DNA of 63,217 bases, the filler included, from Octopus bimaculoides (taxonomy: Eukaryota), in assembly GCF_001194135.2 (NCBI RefSeq). It is 6 parts of 6 records of this genome, joined end to end, with 100 filler letters (N's around TTAATTAATTAA, not from the genome) between each part and the next. Parts side by side here need not be neighbours in the genome. Positions count along the whole stretch, not along the records: positions 5,117 to 13,118 come from NC_069006.1; positions 13,219 to 37,278 come from NC_068990.1; 4 more parts are not named here. One strand, written 5' to 3'. The stretch's first letter is position 1, and every line of letters begins with the position of its first letter. The position numbers and the translations under genes were made by a program. Shown piece by piece: positions 12,338-25,989 of the stretch. The notes under the pieces were generated by a model that worked only from the letters and a program-made list of their open reading frames with translations, ran no database searches and was not told where the DNA came from.

Positions 12338-12770
12338 TACTCTTTTACTTGTTTCAGTCATTTGACTGTGGCCATGCTGGAGCATCGCCTTTTAGTCGAG
12401 CTAATCGACCCCAGGACTTATTCTTTGTAAGCCTAGTACTTATTCAATCGGTCTCTTTTGCTGAACCGCTAAGTTATGGGGACATTAACACACCAGCATC
12501 GGTTGTCAAATGATGTTGGGGGGACAAACACAGACACACAAACATATACACACATACACATAGACATACATACATACATATATATATATATATACACACA
12601 CATGTACGACAGGCTTCTTTCAGTTTCCGTCTGCCAAATCTACTCACAAGGCTTTGGTCAGCCCAAGGCTATAGTAGAAGACACTTGTCTAACGTACCAC
12701 GCAGTGGGACTGAACTTGGAACCATGTGGTTGTTAAGCAAGCTACTTACCACACAGCCACTCCTACACCT
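12338..12770 (-). mobile_element. SINE family B, near full-length
   Basis: Head (rc of TTACCACACAGCCACTCC), body and tail all present. Confidence 0.85.
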
Positions 12771-13218
12771 GTAGTTTTATTAATTCTAACAGTTCAAATC
12801 ATATACATACATCTTGCATCAATATGGATATTACGTATACATAATTTGTTATATACAAAGGGTGTTATAATCACAAATCAAAGAACAATTAAGTCACTTA
12901 TTAAAATAAGTATATTAATTAGACGTGTCTTTAGGCATTGATTTATCACTGTACCATACCACCCTTTCTTTGTATAACTAGTCATATATATATTGTGCTT
13001 CAAAGGGTGTATAAATATATTCTTATTTACATATTTTTATTTATATATTGGGTTGGGCCTTTTGTTTTTGATCACACAGGTGCAATTTCGTGGATGAAAA
13101 TATATATATGTATATATANNNNNNNNNNNNNNNNNNNNNNNNNNNNNNNNNNNNNNNNNNNNTTAATTAATTAANNNNNNNNNNNNNNNNNNNNNNNNNN
13201 NNNNNNNNNNNNNNNNNN

Positions 13219-13251
<33 letters not shown>

Positions 13252-13501
13252 TATAATATAATGATATATATATAAATATATAATTACATCGTTTGTAGAA
13301 ATACATAAATCCTGAGGGGAAGCACACGCTAAGATGTAGAGCAGTTAATATTATAACAGGGGAGGTTAGTTTATGGGGTTACCCTGGGTTTCTTGCTTAT
13401 AAAAGGTTTAGACTTACGGCGTATCTTCGGACCCCAAACACTGCTGGCCTAGACCTCTTTAACACCAATGTAACCTCATAAACCGGTCTTCACCATTATA
13501 T

Positions 13502-13574
<73 letters not shown>

Positions 13575-14133
13575 TTATAAAGTTAGATCCATATACATAC
13601 GTATATACATATAGATGCATACAAATACATGGGTACATATATATTGTATTATATTTTAAATGCTAAAGAAATGTTGTCTCAATAAAAATCGTAGTATAGG
13701 ACAGAAAAATTTTCATTGCAGACCTATATGACTTGACACTTTCATTCTGACGAACGCAAAACTTCTAAACACTCAGCTACGCATACATATTGTGATCGTG
13801 GTCCTTTACTTTGCCACAGTACTGCACGTGTTTCAACTCAGGGCGGTGTCATTTAAAATCACGACAGGACACATCCATATGAATGGCAACCAACTGACTA
13901 GGCATTTATCTGCAACACAACAGAATCCACTACGCTTAGTTATATTTAAATTGTAAATAATTGGTTACGAAGGATGATAAAATCGCTTATGCATTCCCAC
14001 ACACAAACATACATATAGGATAAAGTATTTTAAGTATGTAAAGGTACGCGCACGTCTGTAGTTATTACGTTTATATATTATAGAGACATAACACCCCCCC
14101 CACACACACAGACACACACACACAAACACACAC

Positions 14134-14191
<58 letters not shown>

Positions 14192-15396
14192 NNNNNNNNN
14201 NNNNNNNNNNNNNNNNNNNNNNNNNNNNNNNNNNNNNNNNNNNNNNNNNNNNNNNNNNNNNNNNNNNNNNNNNNNNNNNNNNNNNNNNNNNNNNNNNNNN
14301 NNNNNNNNNNNNNNNNNNNNNNNNNNNNNNNNNNNNNNNNNNNNNNNNNNNNNNNNNNNNNNNNNNNNNNNNNNNNNNNNNNNNNNNNNNNNNNNNNNNN
14401 NNNNNNNNNNNNNNNNNNNNNNNNNNNNNNNNNNNNNNNNNNNNNNNNNNNNNNNNNNNNNNNNNNNNNNNNNNNNNNNNNNNNNNNNNNNNNNNNNNNN
14501 NNNNNNNNNNNNNNNNNNNNNNNNNNNNNNNNNNNNNNNNNNNNNNNNNNNNNNNNNNNNNNNNNNNNNNNNNNNNNNNNNNNNNNNNNNNNNNNNNNNN
14601 NNNNNNNNNNNNNNNNNNNNNNNNNNNNNNNNNNNNNNNNNNNNNNNNNNNNNNNNNNNNNNNNNNNNNNNNNNNNNNNNNNNNNNNNNNNNNNNNNNNN
14701 NNNNNNNNNNNNNNNNNNNNNNNNNNNNNNNNNNNNNNNNNNNNNNNNNNNNNNNNNNNNNNNNNNNNNNNNNNNNNNNNNNNNNNNNNNNNNNNNNNNN
14801 NNNNNNNNNNNNNNNNNNNNNNNNNNNNNNNNNNNNNNNNNNNNNNNNNNNNNNNNNNNNNNNNNNNNNNNNNNNNNNNNNNNNNNNNNNNNNNNNNNNN
14901 NNNNNNNNNNNNNNNNNNNNNNNNNNNNNNNNNNNNNNNNNNNNNNNNNNNNNNNNNNNNNNNNNNNNNNNNNNNNNNNNNNNNNNNNNNNNNNNNNNNN
15001 NNNNNNNNNNNNNNNNNNNNNNNNNNNNNNNNNNNNNNNNNNNNNNNNNNNNNNNNNNNNNNNNNNNNNNNNNNNNNNNNNNNNNNNNNNNNNNNNNNNN
15101 NNNNNCACTATTGACGAATCTGTCAACCAAATCAACAAGACTAAGAAAAAAGTGGGGAAACAAAACCAGCAAGGTGTAACAAGAAAAAATAATCTATTTT
15201 CATAGTTTTTAAACAAGATAATGGCTAGTGTAAACTTTATAGTCATCACCTAACGAATTAGATATACCATCTTCATAAATACATTGATATTTAATTATTT
15301 TGCAAAGTAGCTGGATCTAATCGTAAAAAGTATAGAGCTTTTAATGTTTAGTAACTCCTTAAAAATGAAAGTGAAAGCCAACTTTCTTCCTTTCCT

Positions 15397-15497
<101 letters not shown>

Positions 15498-15725
15498 GTC
15501 CGTCTGTTTATCGAACTAGCTATATTGATTGATAGTTTATCCTTCTCTCTGTATATACCATGTATATGCATATGTGTATGTATGTATGTATGTATGTATG
15601 TATGTATGTANNNNNNNNNNTATATGTATATATATATATGTATGTATATGTATATGTATATATATATGTACATATATATGTGTGTATAATATACATATAT
15701 ATGTACATATATGTATATAGCACCG

Positions 15726-15757
<32 letters not shown>

Positions 15758-16081
15758 GATGCCACACGGAAAATTTGTCAGTGAACAGGTCGCGGTTTCA
15801 ATTTAAATGTTCAAGTGAACCTAACGTTTTTTTTGGTTTTGTTTTAAATGGTTTATAAACCCCTTCCACGCTGCAATTGATTTCGATCCAGCACACGATC
15901 TCAGATCAGGTCACTTGCTATGCAAGTACTTCTCCGTAATATATATAGTATATAGAAAAATTGTCTTACCTCGGAAAATGTTTTCATAGATTCCTTGTAA
16001 TTGAAATAAATGGGGAAAGTGAAAGTGAGAAGAATGCAGAGTGAGAGAGAGAAAGCGAGAGAGAGAGAGAGGGAAGAGAGG

Positions 16082-16112
<31 letters not shown>

Positions 16113-16297
16113 AGGGAGAAAGAGAAGGAGAGAGAGAAAGAGAGAGAGGAGAGGAGAGAGAAAGAGAGTGGGATATCAGAAGGTGATATCAAACGAAAAA
16201 AAGCCACTGCATACACCCAATGAGTTGCAGATTGAGTAATAATGACAGATGTATAAGAAGAGATATATAGAGAAAAGAAAGAGAAAACTAGATAGAT

Positions 16298-16331
<34 letters not shown>

Positions 16332-16431
16332 TTAGATAGATAGATAGATAGATAAATAGATAGTTAGATAGATAGATAGTTAGATAGATAGATAGATAAA
16401 AAATAGAAAGAAGGATAAATAGACAGATAGC

Positions 16432-16468
<37 letters not shown>

Positions 16469-16580
16469 AGATAGACTGATTGATTGACAGATGTAAGTAC
16501 AAAATGTAAGAGTAGCAATTAAAATCTATGATTAATTAAGAAATGAATTAACAGTATGAGAGGGAAAGAGCGAGGGAGGT

Positions 16581-16613
<33 letters not shown>

Positions 16614-18897
16614 GAGAGGTAAATAGAGAGAAAGAAAGAGCTGCGCCTGTATGTTTGCGCATGTGCATATGAATGTTTTTTTTAAGTATGTCTTTGCCTT
16701 CGTCAAAATATTGTGTAAGTTCATGCTTGTGCCCATAAGTGAACTGAGATGTGATGGTTGTACTTCTGGCTCTTTCTTCTTCTGCTGCTGCTGCTTATCG
16801 GAACGGCATAAGGAAGTGTGGTACAGGTGCTAGTTGGTGATGGCTACAGGTGGGATTAGTGGTGGCACTTGTGCCAGTGATGTATAACAGTTTTAATCTA
16901 GATAAATAGTTGGAAGTATTGTGATGATGGTGGTGCTGGTTGGTGTAGTCTGAGGTTTAATTCTTTTCAAAGTTGATGAATGATAGTGATTATGATAAAG
17001 ATGAGGGTGATATTGGCGGTGGTGGTGGTGGTGGTGGTGGTAGTGACGTGATTGTTGTTGTTATTGTCCTTGTTTAACCTTAAGTCAACCCTGATTCAGT
17101 AAACCTATGATTAAACCTATTCCAACAATGAAAATCTTGTGACTTGTCCAACCTACTTAACACGTGTCGTTTTTAAAACAGTTACGCTTAGCTGTTATTT
17201 CTAACAAAGACTACATTTAATCGTTTAAGTGTTCATGAACGATAGTGATGATGGTAATGACGACGAGGGATTGTACCAACGGTAATAATAGGTTTTATTG
17301 CAATTTCAATATTAGAGGTGGTGGTGGTGATGGAATTCTGCGGTTTGGTGTTGATTTCTTTTTGTTAATAAAGTATTTAAAAAGTGGAAAAAACTGTATT
17401 ATCAAAGCTTTGATATTCGCTTCAGAGTTTTCCCCTTAAGGTTACAGCCACTACTACTGCTCGTGCTACTGCTACTACCGTTGCTGCTATTACTGCTGTT
17501 GCAACAGTAGTAGCTGCTATAGCAAAAGTCAGTTGTTGCAGCTGTTACAACTTGATCAAAATAGGAGCACCAAAACGGTAGAAACAGTGGCTGCTCTGGT
17601 TCTTTTATAACAACGGTTGCGGGGTTGGATAACACACTGCATAAAATTGACAAAAATGAAGCAAAAATGAACGGCTGAGGGGGAAATTGTGTGAAAAGGG
17701 GAAACGTGTTGTAAAGGTAGCTGAGTGGTGAAAGTCCGGGAATAGGGAAAAATGGTAAAGCTTGCGTGCAAAGAAAAGAGAGGGTGAGAGAAAGCGGGAG
17801 GGAGAGAGAGAGAGAGAGGTAGACAGACAGGAAGGGAATGAAGTATGAAGTGAAAGAAAAAGAAATATAGAAAGAAAACGAGGAAAGGGAAAGAAATAGT
17901 TTAGAGATAACAATATACATATATGTATGTATGTATATATAAGTGTGTGTATGCGCGTGCGTGCTTGGGTGTGTGCATGTGTGTGCATGTGTGTGTGTGT
18001 GATAAGTACTAGAGAAATTGCTAAAAGATGTGTATATACGGTATTTGTGTATGTGTTTGAGCTTATACACATAGGTAAAGCGGGACTTGTTCAAAATGGC
18101 AGGTTTATTCAGTGAAGCAAAACGGAATTATAAAGATATATACATATGTATATACATAAACCCACACGCACACGCATTTCTCTCTCACTTTCTCTCCCCT
18201 TCTGTGCGTGTGCGTGGAGGGCGCGCTTGTGTGTATGTGCGTGTCCGTGTGTATATGTGTGTGCGTGTACGTGTGTGTGTATGTATCTATATACATGTAT
18301 ATAATATCATCTGGGTAATAATCATATAACGTGCATTCCAAAGCTCCTCTATGAATATCGGCTACCGTATACTATCATACCACAGACATTCTCCTTTTAC
18401 TGGATATACATGCGGAAAACCGTTAGTGTACGAATATATATNNNNNNNNNNTATGTATGTATGTATGTATGTATGTATGTGTGTGTACACTTGTGCGTCT
18501 GTGTTTGTTCCCACCACCATCGCTTGACAACCGATGGTGGTGTGTTTACGTCCCCGTACTATTACTACTCTTATATATATTCTGATTTATACAGAAGTTC
18601 AAACAAATTTTAATCTAAATCATTACAATTGTTTCTGTGCATTAACATCAACTGTTAACTCTTGAATGTTTCACATATTATACATATTATTATATGTATA
18701 TGATCGATCAATTGTTGTATACCTGTTCGTCATTAGGTAAGTGGCTTTCAGAACACTGCTAGATCATCTATAGTTTCCCTTTGCATTATACGTATATTCT
18801 ATTTTTTAGCTTTCCCTTGACAAAGAGCAACACGTAAATTCAAAAAGATACAAATAGTAAAAATACCAATAACAACAACAACAACAACAACAACAAC

Positions 18898-18931
<34 letters not shown>

Positions 18932-18962
18932 GTAATCATGATGATAATAATAGTAATAATAA

Positions 18963-19473
18963 ATGCCCTGATGCAGTACCAGGCAGTGGCTCTCATGGTT
19001 TTTCATCTTAACTGAGTGGAAGTATTATCATGTACATTCTTTTGACTTGGTATAAAAAATGGGCTACAGCAAATATTCTGCTTAATACCACAGATTTGCT
19101 TGTCAGTTGTTTGACCTTAACCAGTTGAGCATGTCCCTTGGTGGCTGACGATATGTGCATCTCTGATGTGTTGAGAGGAATTATTTGGGGTTTCAATAAT
19201 TCACCTTTGGAAACATGGGTGTTTTGCTCAACATCCTTAAACAAACCTTATTCAGGGACCTTTTGAGCGGGATGGGCTACTCGACCTGAAGAAAATTCTA
19301 ACTGGGCCCCGCATGCGAGGTCATGCGCTGTTTATCTTGATATGAGGTCACCATGTTGCATGTGATGCATGTGCCTGGTGTACCCTTATCAGACGGGTAG
19401 TCATGATGGGTATATTGGGCTTTGTATATTTTACCCCGGTATCACTTTGATGGCATACACTGCTCTCTCACTC
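18963..19473 (+). repeat. Interspersed repeat flanked by (AAT)n on both sides, probably retroposed
   Basis: Its 3' end CACTGCTCTCTCACTC(AAT)n recurs at ~22705-22744. Confidence 0.6.
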
Positions 19474-19543
<70 letters not shown>

Positions 19544-19931
19544 GATAAAATAATGGAAATAAAAATCAAAAATATAAAACATGAATTAACAAAACCCCTT
19601 ATTGAATCCGTTCTTTAGCATAAGCAGGTCCCGCTTTCTATGAAGATAGATGAACACCCGAAGATTATAATGTTACATATGCACAAACTAGAAAAATTCC
19701 TTACCTCCTGTGTCTGTGATGCTTTTTACTTCGAAGGAAGTCATTTGCGCGCGGTCAGTTTATTACCACAGCCAGGACACTTCAATCTGTTTGCTCATAA
19801 ACTTAATTTTAGTTATCCTTAGGTCTCTTCACAATCGCTTTATCAATCCTTAAGAGACGCTATCACATCAAGAAGAATTTGCTTGCCTGCAGCCTTATAC
19901 ATACATACATACATACATACATACATACCTA

Positions 19932-20793
19932 TGTGGTCTGATCAATAAGTATCCGGACTGTTACCATACTAACGAAGCTAAAGCACGCAGAATAAAGCCG
20001 CTTGGCAAAGATTGATCTTGAACTCTCTTTGCATGTGCACTAAATTTTAACGTTCTAGCTCACTTCCATTGTTTACAGCAGTGCTTGGAAGGAAGGTGTG
20101 TAGCATCTGTTTGTCGCATTGACCATGACAGAGAAAGCTGGGCAGAGAATCTGCATCAAATGTTGCCAAAATCTTGGTGATACCTGCTCAGAGACTTACG
20201 CAAAGTTTTCAAAAAGTTTTCATCGTTCTCGACACAATCAAGATCTTGTGCAACTGAAACCCGAGTGTCTTCTTGGTTAGCTGAAAGCAGTTTTGGCACA
20301 AACTTGGAAGACACGCGTCTCATACCCAAATCGTCAGTGATAATGAACTGAACTGTAACTAATCTGCACATCTTCTGATAACCCACGGATGATGCACGCA
20401 CATCTGCGATGTTTCTCTCAGTTCTTCTGGTTGCAGCTCTCCCCAAACGTTTGTCAATATCGACATTTTTCGGCCATCTTGGAAACTTCTGAACCACTCG
20501 TACACTTGTGTGCGAATCACACACACCTCTCCATGCATTTTCTGCAACTTTGCACATGCCTCTGAGCAGGTATCGCCATAAGAACTTTCTTTGTCATGGT
20601 CAATGCGATGATCATACGCTACACACATTCCTTATAAGCACTGCTATATATACAGGGGAAGTGAGCTAGAACGTTAAAACTTTGTGCGCATGCACAACAT
20701 AATTTAAGGTCAATCTGTGTCAAGCGGCTTCACTCTGCATGCATTAGCTTCGTTACTATGGCAACAGTCCAGATAATCATTGATCAAACCTCG
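19932..20793. mobile_element. Non-autonomous mariner derivative made of two inverted 5' halves
   Basis: TA-flanked TIRs (TGTGGTCTGATCAATAAGTATCCGGACTGT and rc CGAGGTTTGATCAATGATTATCTGGACTGT); transposase ATG on both strands (20125 +, 20597 -); HTH-type QVYEWFRSFQDGR and RRVSSKFVPKLL. Confidence 0.9.
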
Positions 20794-20814
20794 TACATTG
20801 GTGGTTGTCTACTT

Positions 20815-22440
20815 CCTCATGCAGAGTCTGACCACCACCTTAGATCTATCATGGTGTCTGATGTGGATTTTAAACCAGACAATGTTTTGAAAAGACACCC
20901 ACATAAATTGCGTATCTGCTTTTGACCACCAAGAGCTGCAGATTAGTTCTGATATTTGTGGATTTAAAAATGTCTTTTGAGGCCTCCGTTAGATTTGCAG
21001 ACATTATGGCATACATGGCATTGACAGGTATTCACAGACGGATAGGCAGAGTATGTGGTAGAAGTGGTAAGGATTCATTTCTCGTTGATCATAGCATTTA
21101 AAAAAAATTATCTGAGTTTCGCATGGGTCATTTTGGTTTTTCCAAATGCTTTCACTCCACTCCACACTTTTGTTCACCATCCAGCTCAATCCGAAGCAAG
21201 GTTTTTCATGGCTTTTTCGATCCATTCCAAGTGGTTTCATGTTAGTCCTTATACAGTCTTTAAACCTCTTTTTAGGTATAGACTGATTGCGTTTCCCTTC
21301 TGCAAGTTCGTCATAAAACAACTGTTTGGGTGTGCGTTCATCCGTCATTCGAACGATGTAGCGAGACCATCTCATTTGATTTTTCAAGATCATGGATTTA
21401 AGTGAACTGATAACTGCAGATGCAAAGACATCTGTCTGGAATAAAAACATCCGATTTAATGTTTAAAATGTAACGAAGGTATTTTTGTGGAACCTTTCTA
21501 ACAATTTGAGATGTCCTTTGTAAGAGGTCCATGTTTCAAAGGAATACTACAATGATGGTAACACAAACGGGTTTTTATTTATATGTTGCTGGCGCCAAAC
21601 GCGTAACTCCAAACCACCAATACTTGGGCTGCCCTTTGATGCACTTCTCTGATGTATTTCTGTGTTCAGATTTCCATCATTTTGTAAAGAGCTTTGGAGG
21701 CAGGTGAAAGAGTCAATAGCCTCAAATAACTTACCCTCAACAAAAATTTTAGTGGAGTTGCAAACAGCACAACGTGCAGGTTGATACATCACAACTATCT
21801 TTTTCAAGTTGATGGTCCAGCCAAAATCAAACATTAAGAAAGCCTACCACCAAAGTTAACGCTAGCCTTTATAGCTTGAGAAACTTGCCTATATACATAA
21901 AGCCCTAAACATGTTTACAAATTTTTCTGGGCAATTTATTTTCCTTAGAATTAGCCACAAAGTATTGATTAACAATATTGAATCCTTTGTTTAAATCAAC
22001 AAAGTAGTGGTATAGTGCAAGTTTCTGTTCAATGCACTTTTCCTGAAATCGTCTGATTGTAAAGATACAATCAGCCGTAATCCTGGAGGAGCGAATACCA
22101 CATTGAGACTCAGACACTATATTTGAAACTATGAAGGAATTTAAACGCTCTAACAGAATACAAGCAAGTACCTTTCCAACTACAGACAAAGCGAAATCTC
22201 ACGAACATTACCACACAGATCCTTTCGTTCCGATTTATACAAGGAGACTAAAACGGCATCAATCCAGTCTTGAGGCACTTCCTCTGTTCCTCAACAGTGA
22301 CAAATTAATATATTTAAGACTTCAGGCAATTTGTTACCTCCATATTTCGAGACGTCTGCACAGATTCCGTGAGATCCTGGATACTTGTTATTCAGCTTAT
22401 TCACAGCTAAAGGAATGTCATTTAAAGTTGGTTCAAATGC
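20815..22440 (-). mobile_element. Decayed RTE-clade LINE (RT, C-terminus, C2H2 remnants)
   Basis: VGKVLACILLERL...ESQCGIRSSR..ADCIFTIRRFQEKCIEQ...YFVDLNKGF; QMRWSRYIVRMTDERTPKQLFYDEL..GKR; many stops and frameshifts. Confidence 0.9.
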
Positions 22441-22745
22441 CATCTCCTCTATAACTGGAAGTTGTTAGGTTTGTTCTATTATCCTCATGTCAACGGTTGA
22501 TGGTCTATTCAAAAGTACAGAAAAATGTTCTATCTAGGTTGCCTAGGGTTAAAGCTAACTCACCTTGTAAGTTTATGGAAAATACCATCCGAATCATTTG
22601 CTGATTCAGTAGAATGATAAAGTGATAATAATAAAATGTTACAGTGGCTATTCGCAATTTAAAAAACAAAAGGCACAAGTACAAACGTCACTAAAAGTGA
22701 CACACGCACGCATGATGGGTATAATGGGGCACTGCTCTCTCACTC

Positions 22746-22794
<49 letters not shown>

Positions 22795-22805
<11 letters not shown>

Positions 22806-22990
22806 ATCGAAAAATACCTTAGGAATGAGAACCCAGGTTCGAAATTTCCCCCAAGACACCCGAAGAAGGCTGGAGGGTCTATCAGCCGAAACGTTGTGTT
22901 AACAACAAACAAGATGAGGACAAATATCCGTCGAATGTAAATAATGTAAATACTGTACATAATGCCTCATCTCTTAAATATAGAATTGTA
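22795..22990 (+). mobile_element. Headless copy of the hammerhead-bearing repeat (family F)
   Basis: Same body as 46274-46420; hammerhead-like motif at 22855-22900 with CCGAAGA core. Confidence 0.75.
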
Positions 22991-23019
22991 GAACCTCTCT
23001 AATATTAACCAGAATAATA

Positions 23020-23490
23020 ATAGACCTGAAAATAGACATGGGAAAAATATTTGGTTCGCCCCTTTTCACTTAACGTAAAAATTAACACAAGTCAAAGTTT
23101 CCTGTCTCTCTTAAGACAAGCATTTTCCAGAAAATCATGGGTACAGGATAATATTTAACAGGTGATCTGTGAAATTATCATATAGCTACTGCCCCAATAT
23201 GAAGAGTATCATCACACGAGGCCATCACCATGTGTCCACTCCCAGTTGTAACTGTCGAGACCCACGAAACTGTCATGTCGACAAGCAATGTATGATTAAG
23301 TCCGTCATATATGAGGCAGAAGTTACTGCAACGCTAGATTATAACACAACTGATAAGAAGAGTTATATCGGACTCTGTGAAGGAGACTCCAAGAATCGCT
23401 ACTCTAATCAAATATTTTATTTCCGACACAGGTACAAAAACAAAGCTACTAAGTTAGTTAGTCACGTATGGAGTTTGAAATCGAACTCAA
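23020..23490 (+). mobile_element. Penelope-like element fragment (linker and GIY-YIG endonuclease)
   Basis: KLSYSYCPNMKSII...CNCRDPRNC....C..KSVIYEAEV...KSYIGLCEG..KNRYSN; degenerate. Confidence 0.8.
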
Positions 23491-25084
23491 CGGGGTTCAG
23501 TTCATATAATTTCTCCACTTATTTCCACAATAGTTAATCATTTTACCTATGGTATGATTAATGTACCTACTTATTATTGGCACAACTCTACGCGAGGACA
23601 ATGTTTACAGGTTCCCTTTTACGGAACACTGTTAAACCCCATGTGACAGTCAATCACTACAACCTGCTCTCTACTACAAATTTTGGTTATGGCTTTGTTG
23701 ATTAGATATTTATAAACATGAGCCTATACAATATCCTGTCCCCCCAAGAGGCCAATAAAGCTTTTGTCACATCTTGTATCTTATGAAATAACTATGCTAT
23801 CAACTTATGACTCCCTATTAATTATGTTCACTAGAATGTTGGGATCATCTTACGTAATCTCTTGCTGCTGGCGTTCTTTGTTGTATGACACTAGTTTTTT
23901 TGCAGTGCTTGTCTCTCCATTTTTTCTACATTTTTTCCAGTTTTTATTGGACATATTTGTTTATATTGCTGATAGTATTTTATCGCTCACTTTTAGAGTT
24001 GTTTATTGTTTTATAACAAAGGTAAGCCGCTGGATTTAGTTAAAAACAAAAAACGACGAGCAATGGCTAGAAGAATATTGAGCTAAATCTAATGATCACC
24101 TGATCTAGCAGGCGGAGCCTCATTTCAGTGTGCAATGATTCCGTCGAGAGGTAGACCCTGAAACGGTACGCATGCTCTCCTGATGACTCCATAAACTTGC
24201 TGGCGTCCGGTATGCAGAGCTTTCAATTGGCAGCACTTGCATCTGCAAGGCAAGTTGTTTGTAAAACATCATCACTGATTTTTATGGTTATTTTCCATGA
24301 CATTTGCTATTTAATATTCCTCTATATTTTTCATGTCTTTCTAATATTTCTGTATTTCATAGAATTTATGATGGTCGAATTAGTTGCGCCTTTTATTGCT
24401 ACATTTAATTTATTGTTTAGTTTTATTCTTAAACTCTTGACGCCTCAGGAACGTCTCCTATTGTCTTTAATTCTTTAAATACTTCTATTTCTAGATTGAC
24501 AGCTTTATGAATACTGTCATTAAAATTTCTTATTCTTAAATCCTCTTCATATTTCCTGTTTTTTTATATATATATTTTCTTGCGTTGTTTCGGTCCAGGT
24601 TTTTGTTAGTCATTATGTTACATGTTGTTAAAGACTACGAGCTCGCAGAATCGTTGGCACGCAGGGTAAAATACTTAACGGCATTTCGTCCGTCCTTACA
24701 TTATGANNNNNNNNNNNNNNNNNNNNNNNNNNNNNNNNNNNNNNNNNNNNNNNNNNNNNNNNNNNNNNNNNNNNNNNNNNNNNNNNNNNNNNNNNNNNNN
24801 NNNNNNNNNNNNNNNNNNNNNNNNNNNNNNNNNNNNNNNNNNNNNNNNNNNNNNNNNNNNNNNNNNNNNNNNNNNNNNNNNNNNNNNNNNNNNNNNNNNN
24901 NNNNNNNNNNNNNNNNNNNNNNNNNNNNNNNNNNNNNNNNNNNNNNNNNNNNNNNNNNNNNNNNNNNNNNNNNNNNACAACGGATGTGTTTTTGAACGCT
25001 CCATATAAGTACTTCTCGAAAATTTGTTTTATACTCGTTGGTGCGTTATTTTTTCGGTTTACATTTTGTTCCAAGTTGTTAATA

Positions 25085-25980
25085 GAAACATGAAGAATCT
25101 GTCACTGGGCTTTTGTGTTTGCTTGGCACCTCGTGAGCAGGTCTATCCATAACAACCTCCACCTTATGCAATACATCATAGAGAGGACTGGGACCAAAGC
25201 TTGCATCGGGAGTGCTCTGATCAATTCGGATCAATCGAAAGCATTCGACAGGGTCGACCATCGCTACTTGAAAGCCGTCCTGAAAGCAGGCGATTTCGGA
25301 CACGTTTTCAAGGGGTGAAAACGAGTCCGAAATGCACAGTGGCACTTGTTCAGTGGTCAAAGTAAATGGTCATATATCGGAACCGTTTGACATCTAATGC
25401 TCGGTCCGTCAGGGCTGCCCGCTGTGGCCTCTTCTGTACGTATTGGCACTCGAGCCAGTGCTTCGAAAGTAGGAACAGCTAAGGGGGCATCCCTTTCGAA
25501 CTGGGACAAGGAAGGGCAGTGTCGGCACACGCGGACGACATCACCGTCATGGTGTCGGACGCCTCCGAAGTGGAGACAGTCGGCACCATCCTAAAGGAAT
25601 ATCAGTCAGTCGCAGGGGCCAAAATCAACGCCGACAAATTGGTGAGTTTGCGGTTGTGCTACTGGAAAGGCAGGACGATGCCATCAGACGGCGTCGTCGG
25701 ACGCTGGACAGATAGACCAGTTAAGCTGCTCGGAATCTGATTTGGTCCCGACCTCCAGGTTGATAAAAATTGGGACGTGGCGAACAGGGTGGCCTGTCTT
25801 ACCCAGAAATGGGCTGAGAAGAGCTGTTCCTGAAGGGTCGGGCATAGGTAGCGAATGCCTATATCGCCTCCGTTATCATTTATCGCCTGACAGTCGTGTT
25901 TTTTCCCTTTTACTACTTGGCCAGGTTGGAGCGTCTCTTATTTAAATTCTTGTGGAATGAACGCGTTCCAATGGTCAGAA
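25085..25980 (+). mobile_element. Tx1/L1-clade RT core fragment
   Basis: GRSIHNNLHL...DQSKAFDRVDHRYL...VRQGCPL...AHADDITVMV...GAKINADK; frameshifted. Confidence 0.9.
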
Positions 25981-25989
25981 AACTTGCAA

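Noticed and set aside
23700-23960. Possible second GIY-YIG remnant on the minus strand (CDKSFIG)
   Set aside because: Too degenerate to support.
24140-24230. CTGATGA followed by a 6-of-7 paired stem, and an upstream GAAACGGTA
   Set aside because: No GAAA after the stem and no stem I; a hammerhead cannot be assembled.
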